In this document: one piece after another, positions 26,247 through 34,605 of the stretch
Position numbering within the stretch: the first letter of the stretch is position 1
Layout of the letters: the number at the start of each line of letters is the position of its first letter
NCBI GenBank assembly: GCA_029258725.1
Contig: JAPDKE010000019.1
Span: 11,033 to 75,032, forward strand
Reading direction: 5' to 3'
DNA: 64,000 nt
Origin: a bacterium
Lineage (GTDB): Bacteria > Hydrothermota > UBA3072 > JAPDKE01
Notes under the pieces: model-generated
The model's input: the letters and a program-made list of their open reading frames with translations, nothing else
What the model was told of the DNA's origin: nothing
The model's database searches: none
Translations under genes and position numbers: made by a program

Positions 26247-28894
26247 TTCAACCTCACCATCTTGCATGTTGCCTTTTCATTCTCCATTCTCAAAAGAAGG
26301 AAATAAATTCCAGGAGGGGCACAGAAATTCAAAGGCAGGGTATGCTCCCCACGCTCCATCTCTCCTTCATAAATTGACCTTATCTTCCTCCCATCAACAC
26401 CAAAGACATCAAGGGCAACTTTTCCACTTCTTGGAAGGTAGAAGAAAGCCACAGAGTTTAAAACCCTGAGGGAAAGCCCTTCATCCATTTTATCCAGTTC
26501 CTTCTCCAACCATCCCTTATTTCCAACAAGAAGGGTGAAGTGTCTTTTACACGGGGCATGGAAGATATATTTTTCTGCAGGATTAAAGGATTTTTTCGTC
26601 ATGTGGTCAAAAACCCTTATTTCTTTGTCATCCGGCACATTTTCCGGTTCAAACTGAAGCACAACTTCCCCCTCCCTTTCCGTCTCCACCACAAACTCGT
26701 ACACCAGATTTTCCCCACTCCTTGCATCCACCGCATATCTCTCCCCATTAACCACGAAGTAAAGGGAAATCCCGTTGCCCAGCATGGGTGGCTCCTTTAC
26801 ATCCTTTCCCTCCACAGCATCCGGAGCAAATCCCGCAACATTTTCAACATCCCTTGCATTTCCGCACTGTGCAGATATCTTTATCTTCCAGCAAAATTCT
26901 TCCTTCTCATTCTCAACCTTTGCATAGGGATTTATCACTATCATGTCAGGTGCATCCACATGAATAACATACCCTTCCCAGGGTTCAAGAACATCTGCAA
27001 GTTCCCATGCTCCACGGTATCTCCAGACTCTTACAGGATTTCCTGACGCAAGGCTCAATGCACTTACGGGAATGAAAACAGGATAGGGATTCCCGAGCAT
27101 GTTCCATCCTGGGATGAGTTCTCTGGAAAAGACCTCACTGAGAGGAATGGTGGTTCCCGGCCCTGAATAAACAACCTTTCCAGAATCCCTTACAATAAGA
27201 AAATATGCCTCTCCGGGAGCCACAGCATGGATTCCATCGTCCAGGATATAGACATCCTTTTCCCCAACATACTGTCCTGCCTTCCAGCGGGAATAATCGC
27301 ATGGACCAAGAGTCATTTCAAACAGGGTAAGCGGGTCTGTCTCATCGGTATAGAGGGGGAAGGAGACTATCCTGTAGGCGTCCACATCAGTTCCTGCAGG
27401 CTGTGGAATTGGTTTCCCATCGGGTCCTCTCCTGCATTCCCCATCTCCCTCAACCCTCACACGGAGAGAGAAAAACCCCTGGGGTGGAAGTCTTGAAGTA
27501 TGGTCATACACATCGGTTGCGGTAAAGTAGTATTCCATTCCCTTAAGGGTGATGGTTTCAGGGACGATAAAGAAAAACAGGGTGTCATACCAGTCCGTAA
27601 GAATGGCATAATCAAAAGAATCTCTTCCAGGTACCCGGTACCGGAGTGCGATATCGGATATCGCGGATTCGTCATGAACAATCACCTGGAAGGGAACATC
27701 ACAACTCCCTTCTGTCACAGATGGGGGAGATTCATGAAGGAGCACGGGTGGGAGGGTATCTATCTCTGTTATTCCCTCTTCCGTGGTTTTTATAATAAAA
27801 GCATCCAGGTCACCAGCAGGACTCACGAGATATCCTCCTGCAATAAATCCTCCATCCATTGTATTCTGGACCGTCCACAGACCTGATGAGTTATCCCCAT
27901 AAGTATTTTCCCATATCACCGAGCCTTCAGGGTCGGTTTTGATAAGCCATGCCCGCGGGCTTCCTGTGAGGGAGGAGGTGTATCCTGCAATAATAAATCC
28001 TCCATCAGGAGTGAGAATCCCCGTGTATGCCTCATCATTGTCAGCTCCACCGTAGGTCTGGGAAAAAATGAGATTTCCATTGTAATCTATGAACAGAAAG
28101 TATGCATCAATTCCTCCTGCTCCAAATGATGCAGTGGTCCCAGTGATTATAAAACCCTCCGCCGGTACTTCCTGAACACAGTATCCGGTCTCATCTCCGG
28201 GTCCTCCATATGTTCTCGTCCACAGGGTATCTCCCATGCTATCGGTTCTCACAACATAAATATCGCTTCCTCCTGCACCGAAGGAATAAGTATATCCCAC
28301 AGCAATGTAACCCTTATCCTCTGTCTGAATGGCACAGAGCGCATTTTCAGAATAGTATCCTCCATACACACGCGTCCAGACGGTATCACCGAAGGGGTCA
28401 AGTTTGATAAGCCACATATCATCATATCCATCGGGGCTGAATCTATTGGTCCATCCTGCTATTATGTACCCATCCACGGCAGGCATTATGCAGTTTGCTC
28501 CATCATCTGCTGTATCCCCCAGAGTAAAGGATGCAATCTCATTTCCAGCCCCATCGAGTTCCACAATGTAGGCATCTTCCTTTCCGTTTCCGGAGGATGT
28601 AGTATATCCCACGCCAATAAATCCTCCCTCCGGAGTGGGCTGTATGGTGTGGATTATCTCATCAAGCAAGCCTCCGCAAATATGCGTCCATAGCGTATCT
28701 CCAAGAGAGTCAAGTCTTATTATGTATCCGTTGGAGTACTGGGGCGTTCCGGGACCCCATGAATGGGTATATCCTGAAGCAATGTATCCTCCATCATACA
28801 CCTCAAATATGGTTATAAGCCTCTCACCGTATTCTCCTCCGTAAGAGCGCTCAAATGTCACAATCCCTGCAAGAAAAATAAAAAAATAAAACAT
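26243..28894 (-). CDS. secreted 7-bladed beta-propeller repeat protein with a T9SS-type C-terminal sorting domain
   Basis: Seven repeats of G(Y/T)T.S.G.G..D.y...D..GdtlWt..YGG (SBBP-like). The C-terminal ~90 aa (..LDVFGVDGRKIRSIYEGEMERGEHTLPLNF..PPGIYFLLLRMENEKATCKMVRLK) resemble a Por-secretion CTD. Start at ATG 28894 after GGAGGAG. Confidence 0.7.
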   Translation of the reverse strand: MFYFFIFLAGIVTFERSYGGEYGERLITIFEVYDGGYIASGYTHSWGPGTPQYSNGYIIRLDSLGDTLWTHICGGLLDEIIHTIQPTPEGGFIGVGYTTSSGNGKEDAYIVELDGAGNEIASFTLGDTADDGANCIMPAVDGYIIAGWTNRFSPDGYDDMWLIKLDPFGDTVWTRVYGGYYSENALCAIQTEDKGYIAVGYTYSFGAGGSDIYVVRTDSMGDTLWTRTYGGPGDETGYCVQEVPAEGFIITGTTASFGAGGIDAYFLFIDYNGNLIFSQTYGGADNDEAYTGILTPDGGFIIAGYTSSLTGSPRAWLIKTDPEGSVIWENTYGDNSSGLWTVQNTMDGGFIAGGYLVSPAGDLDAFIIKTTEEGITEIDTLPPVLLHESPPSVTEGSCDVPFQVIVHDESAISDIALRYRVPGRDSFDYAILTDWYDTLFFFIVPETITLKGMEYYFTATDVYDHTSRLPPQGFFSLRVRVEGDGECRRGPDGKPIPQPAGTDVDAYRIVSFPLYTDETDPLTLFEMTLGPCDYSRWKAGQYVGEKDVYILDDGIHAVAPGEAYFLIVRDSGKVVYSGPGTTIPLSEVFSRELIPGWNMLGNPYPVFIPVSALSLASGNPVRVWRYRGAWELADVLEPWEGYVIHVDAPDMIVINPYAKVENEKEEFCWKIKISAQCGNARDVENVAGFAPDAVEGKDVKEPPMLGNGISLYFVVNGERYAVDARSGENLVYEFVVETEREGEVVLQFEPENVPDDKEIRVFDHMTKKSFNPAEKYIFHAPCKRHFTLLVGNKGWLEKELDKMDEGLSLRVLNSVAFFYLPRSGKVALDVFGVDGRKIRSIYEGEMERGEHTLPLNFCAPPGIYFLLLRMENEKATCKMVRLK

Positions 28895-28916
28895 ATCTCC
28901 TCCCCTGTTTTTATCA

Positions 28917-28945
28917 AGTTTATCCGGAAAAACGTCTCCTGTCAA
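28917..28945 (-). promoter_or_regulatory. sigma70-type promoter for the propeller-protein operon (TTGACA-17-TAAACT)
   Basis: The minus strand reads TTGACAggagacgtttttccggaTAAACTtgataaaaacagGGGAGGAGatATG. Confidence 0.5.
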
Positions 28946-28960
28946 GGGAACGATTTTCCT
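28940..28960 (-). repeat. 21-nt exact repeat, copy B (identical to 1245..1265)
   Basis: Plus-strand tgtcaagggaacgattttcct. It covers the -35 hexamer plus the 15 nt upstream of it (minus strand GGAAAATCGTTCCC-TTGACA). Confidence 0.9.
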
Positions 28961-29051
28961 TATCTTTCCTCAACCTCCCATCCATTCGAAAACGCATGCA
29001 TCCTCAGTTTTTACTGTTTAAGATAATCGGCGCCCGGTGAACCCCGGGTAA

Positions 29052-29078
29052 AAATGGAGGGGAAAGTGGTCTCCATTT
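29052..29078 (-). terminator. possible intrinsic terminator after lgt
   Basis: The minus strand reads AAATGGAGaccactttcccCTCCATTTtt, an 8-bp stem with a short T tract, 20 nt after the lgt stop. The stem is weak. Confidence 0.3.
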
Positions 29079-29097
29079 GCACCGGGAAGGAGCAAAA

Positions 29098-29904
29098 TCA
29101 CGCTTCAGTTCGTGCCCGGTAAAATAGCATGAATGAACCGGTGATGATAAATACAATACTCATAACCTGGGAGAGGGTAAGGTATTTGAGAACAAGTGCA
29201 TTTCCCTCGTAATACCTGAAGAAGTCTATTGTAAAGCGGTGGATTCCGTAGAGGATTAAAAATATAAAGAAAAGAGAACCCTCCTTAAGGCTTTTCTTTC
29301 TCAGGTACCAGAGAATAAGAAAAATAATAAAACAGTCAACCGTGGATATCAACTGGGTCGGTATGACAGGAAGGCTCCACTGGGCACCGGGCTCAATGTA
29401 TCCATGCTTCAGGTGGTCGCAGTAAACAGGGGGAAGGTCCCTTGCAGGAAATCTCACCCCTATCCAGGAGTTAGTGATCTTCCCGTAACAGCATCCATTT
29501 AAGAAACACCCTATCCTTCCTATTGCAAAGGCAATGGCAAGGGCGGGCGCAAAGATATCGGAAACCCGGTAAAAAGAAAGTTTTGAAAGCCTGAGATAAA
29601 GAAGACCACCCACAAACCCTCCTATGAAACCTCCGTAAAAAACAAGCCCGCCCCTCCATATCATTAAAATCTCAAAGGGATTCCGGGAGTAATCCGAAAG
29701 GTGCTCAAGAACATACCATATCCTTGCACCTATCACGCCACCCAGGATAATCCAAAAAGCAAGGCTTTCTATTTTCTTCGGGTCTATCCCCCTTCTCTTC
29801 CCCTCACGGGATGCAATCCACAGTCCCACCAGGTATGCTATAAGGAGCATAACTCCGTAGGAGTAGAGTGTGAAGTCCCCTATTCTGAAAAGGACCCTAT
29901 GCAT
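29098..29904 (-). CDS. lgt: prolipoprotein diacylglyceryl transferase
   Basis: 268 aa, MHRVLFRIGDFTLYSYGVMLLIAYLVG...IWRGGLVFYGGFIGG...GRIGCFLNGCCYG. Confidence 0.93.
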   Translation of the reverse strand: MHRVLFRIGDFTLYSYGVMLLIAYLVGLWIASREGKRRGIDPKKIESLAFWIILGGVIGARIWYVLEHLSDYSRNPFEILMIWRGGLVFYGGFIGGFVGGLLYLRLSKLSFYRVSDIFAPALAIAFAIGRIGCFLNGCCYGKITNSWIGVRFPARDLPPVYCDHLKHGYIEPGAQWSLPVIPTQLISTVDCFIIFLILWYLRKKSLKEGSLFFIFLILYGIHRFTIDFFRYYEGNALVLKYLTLSQVMSIVFIITGSFMLFYRARTEA

Positions 29905-30697
29905 TTCTTCTTATAAGCACCTTTGTTGGACACTTTTCAACTGCAGTGTTCAGATCATCATAGTTTTCTATTTTCTCATGATGGACAACAGGAAGGAATC
30001 CATCCATGGTGATTTTTTCTTCAGGAGCAAGCCTTGCACAGAGTGAACATCCAATGCACCCGGTTTTGCATACCTTTGTCACATCCTGTCCCCTTTCAGG
30101 AGAAACGCAGGCAACATAAACAAGCTGGTTGTGGGGAATGAGGTCCATTATTCCTCTGGGACATGCCCTCACGCACTCACCGCATCCCGTGCATCTCTCC
30201 TCTATAACCACCGGGAGTCCGTTCTCTCCCATGTATATTGCCTCAAATGGACACGCCTCAACGCAGTCTCCAAGCCCAAGGCATCCGTAAACGCATCCCT
30301 TATCTCCTCCAATCAGGTCAAGCATTTTGCAGGATTTAACCCCCTGATACTCTGCAAGTCGCGGGGCATTTTCTCTATCTCCCCTGCATCTCACAACGGC
30401 TATTCTTCTCTCAACCTCTCCTGCCTCAACCCCCATTATGGCTGCTATCTTCTCCGCAACCTCCTTTCCTCCTGCAACACATCCGTGAACGGGATACCTT
30501 CCCTCCACCACTCCCACTGCAAATCCCTCGCACCCTGGAGCACCACACGCACCGCAGTTTGCCCCAGGGAGAACCTCAAGAATCTTCTCCACCCTGGGAT
30601 CAACCTCAACATGGAATTTTTTTGCCGCATAGGTTAAAAAGAGACCAAAGGCAAGTCCAAGACCACCGAGTGTGAGAACAGGGATAAGTATCGTCAT
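29897..30697 (-). CDS. RnfB-like Fe-S protein (stand-alone; N-terminal TM helix, RnfB cysteine cluster and 4Fe-4S ferredoxin domains)
   Basis: Start at ATG 30697 after aAGGAGGTGag. Motifs LPGANCGACGAPGCEGFA, then CxxCxxCxxxCP motifs. No other rnf genes are present in the window. Confidence 0.75.
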   Translation of the reverse strand: MTILIPVLTLGGLGLAFGLFLTYAAKKFHVEVDPRVEKILEVLPGANCGACGAPGCEGFAVGVVEGRYPVHGCVAGGKEVAEKIAAIMGVEAGEVERRIAVVRCRGDRENAPRLAEYQGVKSCKMLDLIGGDKGCVYGCLGLGDCVEACPFEAIYMGENGLPVVIEERCTGCGECVRACPRGIMDLIPHNQLVYVACVSPERGQDVTKVCKTGCIGCSLCARLAPEEKITMDGFLPVVHHEKIENYDDLNTAVEKCPTKVLIRRNA

Positions 30698-30744
30698 CTC
30701 ACCTCCTTTTTTCTCCCTCAACATACTGGATTTTTAAGATTTTT

Positions 30745-32148
30745 TCAAGAGTTTTTATACACATATTCTTCAGGGTTAATCTCCTCCTCACCAGCAAGGA
30801 AAAGTCCTATTTTCCTGTCACCGCGGGAATAAAGGGTCTGATAGAAGGCATCCCTATATCCCATGATGGAAACGTCAACCCCTTTTATTTTTCTTATTAT
30901 TTTCACCTTCTTTCTGTAACCTTCCCTTTCTTCAAGCGGGTAATTTTCCATCGGTGTTCCTTTTTTGGGAATGAAAAGATTGAAGGAAGCAGTAACCCTC
31001 CCTCCAAAAATCTCCTTCACCTTTTCTATCTCCTCAACCTCTGCCTCAACATCCCCTTCATCCTCTCCCGGGAGACCAAAAAGATAGTAGAGTTTCAGGG
31101 AGGGAAACCCGAGTTTTCCCGCATCCCTCACAAATTCAAAGAGTCTTTCCTGAGTGATATTCTTTCTTATGAGTTTCTTCAACCTCGGGGTTGAAACCTC
31201 AGGGGCAACTGTAAGGGTGTGAAGATTTAGTTTTTTCAGTAATTCAAGCACCCGGTAAGAAACCCTGTCAAGCCGCAGGGATGAAACACTCACCTCCTTT
31301 CCCATCCGGTAAAAACCCTCAAGTATTTCCTCAAATTCAGGATGGTCAGCAACAGCAGAACCAAGCAACCCTATTTTTTCTTCAACCTCACCACACCTTA
31401 TTATCTCCTCAGCATCCCTCCACCTCACCTCTCCCTGAAGGTTACCCACAAGACAGAATGAACACCGGTAAGGACATCCCCTTCCAACCTCTACAAGCAT
31501 CATTGGAAGTTCTGAAAGAGGAGTGAGGATGGGAGAGAATCCGGGATAATCAAGGACCTCAACCCTGTGAGGTCTTTTCTCATTTTCTCCCTTCTCAGGA
31601 ACATAAACTGATGGAAACTCCTCATGTGCCCTTTCCTTTACCCGTTCCTTCCATCCTTTCCCCTTCTCTTTCTCCTCCCTGAGCATATCAAAGAATCTAT
31701 CCACCACCTCCTCCCCATCTCCAAGGAAAATCACATCAAAAAACGGTGCAATGGGCTCCGGATTTGAAAAAGTGATTATTCCCCCGGCAATAAACAGCGG
31801 GTCCTCTTCCCTTCTTTTACACGAAAGCACATTCATTCCCGAATTTCTTATAATTTTTACAGCATTAACATAGTCCATCTCATAAGATATGGAAAACGCA
31901 ACAACATCGTAAAGGGTTATCTTTCTTCCACCCTCAAGGGTTATTCCCCCTGTATCAAGGAAAAACCTGTGTGCAACTGTATCCTCTCTTTCATTTAACA
32001 TTCTCCATATGGTGAGGAATCCAAGGGAGGACATTCCTGTCCGGTAGGTATTGGGATATCCCAGGGCAACCTTTATAAACGCACTCTCCTTTGCCCTATC
32101 TCCCCTTTCTTTTGAAAGCAAATGCTTTCTGAGCCTTTCAGGGTTCAT
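30745..32148 (-). CDS. B12-binding-domain radical SAM protein
   Basis: 467 aa. N-terminal Rossmann-like B12-binding region, then VGRGCPYRCSFC (CxxxCxxC). Confidence 0.8.
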   Translation of the reverse strand: MNPERLRKHLLSKERGDRAKESAFIKVALGYPNTYRTGMSSLGFLTIWRMLNEREDTVAHRFFLDTGGITLEGGRKITLYDVVAFSISYEMDYVNAVKIIRNSGMNVLSCKRREEDPLFIAGGIITFSNPEPIAPFFDVIFLGDGEEVVDRFFDMLREEKEKGKGWKERVKERAHEEFPSVYVPEKGENEKRPHRVEVLDYPGFSPILTPLSELPMMLVEVGRGCPYRCSFCLVGNLQGEVRWRDAEEIIRCGEVEEKIGLLGSAVADHPEFEEILEGFYRMGKEVSVSSLRLDRVSYRVLELLKKLNLHTLTVAPEVSTPRLKKLIRKNITQERLFEFVRDAGKLGFPSLKLYYLFGLPGEDEGDVEAEVEEIEKVKEIFGGRVTASFNLFIPKKGTPMENYPLEEREGYRKKVKIIRKIKGVDVSIMGYRDAFYQTLYSRGDRKIGLFLAGEEEINPEEYVYKNS

Positions 32149-32159
32149 AAAATAAAAAG

Positions 32160-32233
32160 CGGGGCCGACGAGACTTGAACTCGCGACCTCCGGCTTGACA
32201 GACCGGCGTTCTAACCACCTGAACTACGGCCCC
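32160..32233 (-). tRNA. tRNA-Asp (anticodon GTC)
   Basis: The reverse complement GGGGCCGTAGTTCAGGTGGTTAGAACGCCGGTCTGTCAAGCCGGAGGTCGCGAGTTCAAGTCTCGTCGGCCCCG folds as a cloverleaf with a 7-bp acceptor, anticodon loop CTGTCAA and T-loop TTCAAGT. CCA is not encoded. Confidence 0.93.
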
Positions 32234-32242
32234 GTCGGAAGT

Positions 32243-32271
32243 AATATAATAAAGAGGTTTCACTTTGTCAA
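32243..32271 (-). promoter_or_regulatory. sigma70-type promoter for tRNA-Asp (TTGACA-17-TATATT)
   Basis: The minus strand reads cTTGACAaagtgaaacctctttatTATATTacttccgac, followed by the tRNA 5' end. It overlaps the 3' end of the upstream CDS. Confidence 0.5.
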
Positions 32272-32457
32272 GACTCTCCTTGCCCTTTCGTAATCCTCAT
32301 CCGGAACAAGCAGTTCCACCTCTCCAAGTCCATCCATGGTGAATCCTGCTATCTTCCCTATGGACTCCTGTTTGATTATAACCTCTATTCCCTCACTTTC
32401 AAGCCTTCCTTTTATTATATAAGCCTCTCCCGGTGAAAACTTACCAAGGCTCTTCAT
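32260..32457 (-). CDS. DUF2007-like small protein (putative signal-transducing, GlnB-like fold)
   Basis: 65 aa, ..EAYIIKGRLESEGIEVIIK...VELLVPDEDYERARRVL, a pattern typical of DUF2007. Confidence 0.55.
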   Translation of the reverse strand: MKSLGKFSPGEAYIIKGRLESEGIEVIIKQESIGKIAGFTMDGLGEVELLVPDEDYERARRVLTK

Positions 32458-32816
32458 AGTCTAAATGGATGTGGGTAGAGTTCACGGAATTTAAATCTTT
32501 TCTCCTCTCCATCCTTCACCACCACTATCTCAAAATCATCCTGGACAAACTCGGCCATGAACTGGAGGCATGCACCGCAGGGAAAATCGGTAACATAAAT
32601 CCTTTTAAAGTTTCTCTCTCCGTTCAGGAGTGCATGCACAAAGGCAACCCGCTCTGCACAGATGGTTAAGGAATAGGAGGCGTTTTCTATGTTAAACCCG
32701 AAATACTCTTTTCCATCCTGTGTAATGAGACACGCCCCCACCCGGTGTCCCGAGTAGGGGGCGTGCGCCATCTTCTTTATCTTTTCAAGTTCTTCACCAC
32801 CACACTCTGACATCAT
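32454..32816 (-). CDS. cdd: cytidine deaminase
   Basis: 120 aa with APYSGHRVGACL, CAERVAF (zinc His/Cys-Ala-Glu motif) and PCGACLQF. Confidence 0.85.
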   Translation of the reverse strand: MMSECGGEELEKIKKMAHAPYSGHRVGACLITQDGKEYFGFNIENASYSLTICAERVAFVHALLNGERNFKRIYVTDFPCGACLQFMAEFVQDDFEIVVVKDGEEKRFKFRELYPHPFRL

Positions 32817-34593
32817 CTATATACCATCCGGCATAAGTTCCGGGATCTACAGAAGAGTCTGCCCAGAAGTAGAACCTTATTTTTACCACATTCCCTACAT
32901 AGGAAGTAAGATTAAATCTGGAGTAAACCCATCCTCCACTGGTCTGTCCAAAACAATTACCATAAGACCAGGGTGCGTCTGCGTCCAGTGTTTCATTGTA
33001 CAGCTGCCCACTGTCCGGATAAATGGGTATCCAGGTTGCTCCTCCATCGATGCTTATCTCCACCCATCCACCAGAGTCCAAACTCCAGGGAGGTGAATCT
33101 CCGTATATATCAAACCAGTGCCAGAACTCCAGATAAGCCCTGGGATAACCCGTGAGATCTATATCCTTAGAAACGAGATATCCATCGCTGTTGTAATCAT
33201 AGGGAGCATCCAGGTCAGTCCCGTAGCATCTCTGTCCTGAGTATGCAGATGAGGGGCCAAATGTAGGAATTCCTCTCTCCCATTCGCAATTGCTTCCACC
33301 TGTGGTCCATCCACCACTTCCACTTTCCATATTATCAAAGAAGATGGTTCCTCCTGTCCCACTCAGGGAAGACCAGTCATCCTTTCCCTCCTCTCCTCCA
33401 ATTCCGTTTCCATTTCCATCGAGCATGTGTCCTTCAGTATCCATTACTTCCATTGCCACCCATCCTTCCACCGTCCCAGAAACGTCTCTGTCGTAGTAAT
33501 ACTTCACTCCCATGGAATCAAGGTCTATTATCATCGTTCCCGGCACATATCCAAAGTCGTCAAATACCCTTATGTTTTCCTGGGTAAAGGTGGAAGCATC
33601 CATCTTCTTATCAAACTTAAAGTAGAAGTAATCTCCATAGTCTCTCGATGTCCCACTTATCACATGGGGATAGGATATACCTTCAGTAACAAAGTAAATC
33701 ACAACGTTTTCTTCCTCGGGCTCAAGACCATCACCATCCATATCGAGATCCATAAGATAAGCAGTGAGGGTGCATCCTCTTTCGTAAAGGCTGTCCGGAA
33801 GTGCTTTTATCTTTCCCGCATCTATCGTGAAAGTATACCTTTCTCCCCTATCAAGGGTATCGCCGCCTGATATCACAAGCCTTACCATGTCAAATGTTAC
33901 AGTGTCTATTTCCAGGGTTACCGCTGTTCCGGTAGATGTTTTTTCCAGATGGAAACAGGATGTGGAGATGGTGGAAGTATCTATAGGGCCATTAGCAAAA
34001 GTTACTTCAAAGTAAGCATTTACCGGAACATTTCCCGAGGTATCTGGAATAACACTGGCGATATAGGGAGGTGCAGTTCTTGCTCCATCTACTACATCGT
34101 CTCCGTTCCCAGTATAGAAGTAGAAGACCGCCCTATCATAGGGATCGCCGTCCTCCTTCCCATTTCCGTTTCCATCCAGAGGGTTGCCTGCAAGATTGGT
34201 TATACCTGGTTTGAGGATAAGGACAAAGGCGCAGTTATCCTGAAATTCAGCCTTGGAAAGATAGAGTGTCTTTCTTGCTGCATCGTACTCCATATCCACA
34301 TCTTCATACTTATTCTCCATCACATTATAGAAAAGCACATTGGTGGAATTTATGGTCGTTTCATCCATGTAGTCTGAGAAAACAATCTTTATCCTTGCCT
34401 GGATGCCAGACACATCGTCGTTTTCATCCGTTATCTCACCCTTATTTGCGGGATAGGTTTCCACAACCGCAGGAAGTGCCGTTCCTACTTCTTCCAGATT
34501 TGCCGCTGTATGGTCAACAGAAAGGGGGTTTTCCTTCTTTGCACATGATAAAACCAGGAGAAAAACAAGTGGTAAAGTTATATACTTCCTCAT
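32794..34593 (-). CDS. surface/periplasmic lipoprotein with Ig-like (SbsA/Big-type) repeats and a C-terminal jelly-roll (MAM/LamG-like) domain
   Basis: 599 aa. Signal peptide plus lipobox (LLVLSCAKK). Repeated ..PAD/NG..NV..N..I.V.FS..MD..T.. units and NLAGNPLDGNGNG. C-terminal GGWTTGG..CEWERG.P...SAYSG..CYGTDL. Confidence 0.5.
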   Translation of the reverse strand: MRKYITLPLVFLLVLSCAKKENPLSVDHTAANLEEVGTALPAVVETYPANKGEITDENDDVSGIQARIKIVFSDYMDETTINSTNVLFYNVMENKYEDVDMEYDAARKTLYLSKAEFQDNCAFVLILKPGITNLAGNPLDGNGNGKEDGDPYDRAVFYFYTGNGDDVVDGARTAPPYIASVIPDTSGNVPVNAYFEVTFANGPIDTSTISTSCFHLEKTSTGTAVTLEIDTVTFDMVRLVISGGDTLDRGERYTFTIDAGKIKALPDSLYERGCTLTAYLMDLDMDGDGLEPEEENVVIYFVTEGISYPHVISGTSRDYGDYFYFKFDKKMDASTFTQENIRVFDDFGYVPGTMIIDLDSMGVKYYYDRDVSGTVEGWVAMEVMDTEGHMLDGNGNGIGGEEGKDDWSSLSGTGGTIFFDNMESGSGGWTTGGSNCEWERGIPTFGPSSAYSGQRCYGTDLDAPYDYNSDGYLVSKDIDLTGYPRAYLEFWHWFDIYGDSPPWSLDSGGWVEISIDGGATWIPIYPDSGQLYNETLDADAPWSYGNCFGQTSGGWVYSRFNLTSYVGNVVKIRFYFWADSSVDPGTYAGWYIDDVRVWW

Positions 34594-34605
34594 GGCAACC
34601 TCCCT

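Noticed and set aside
28946-29097. Short ORFs (14-21 codons) in the lgt / propeller-gene spacer
   Set aside because: They have no SD and no conservation cues. The region is better explained as the lgt terminator hairpin plus promoter-upstream sequence.
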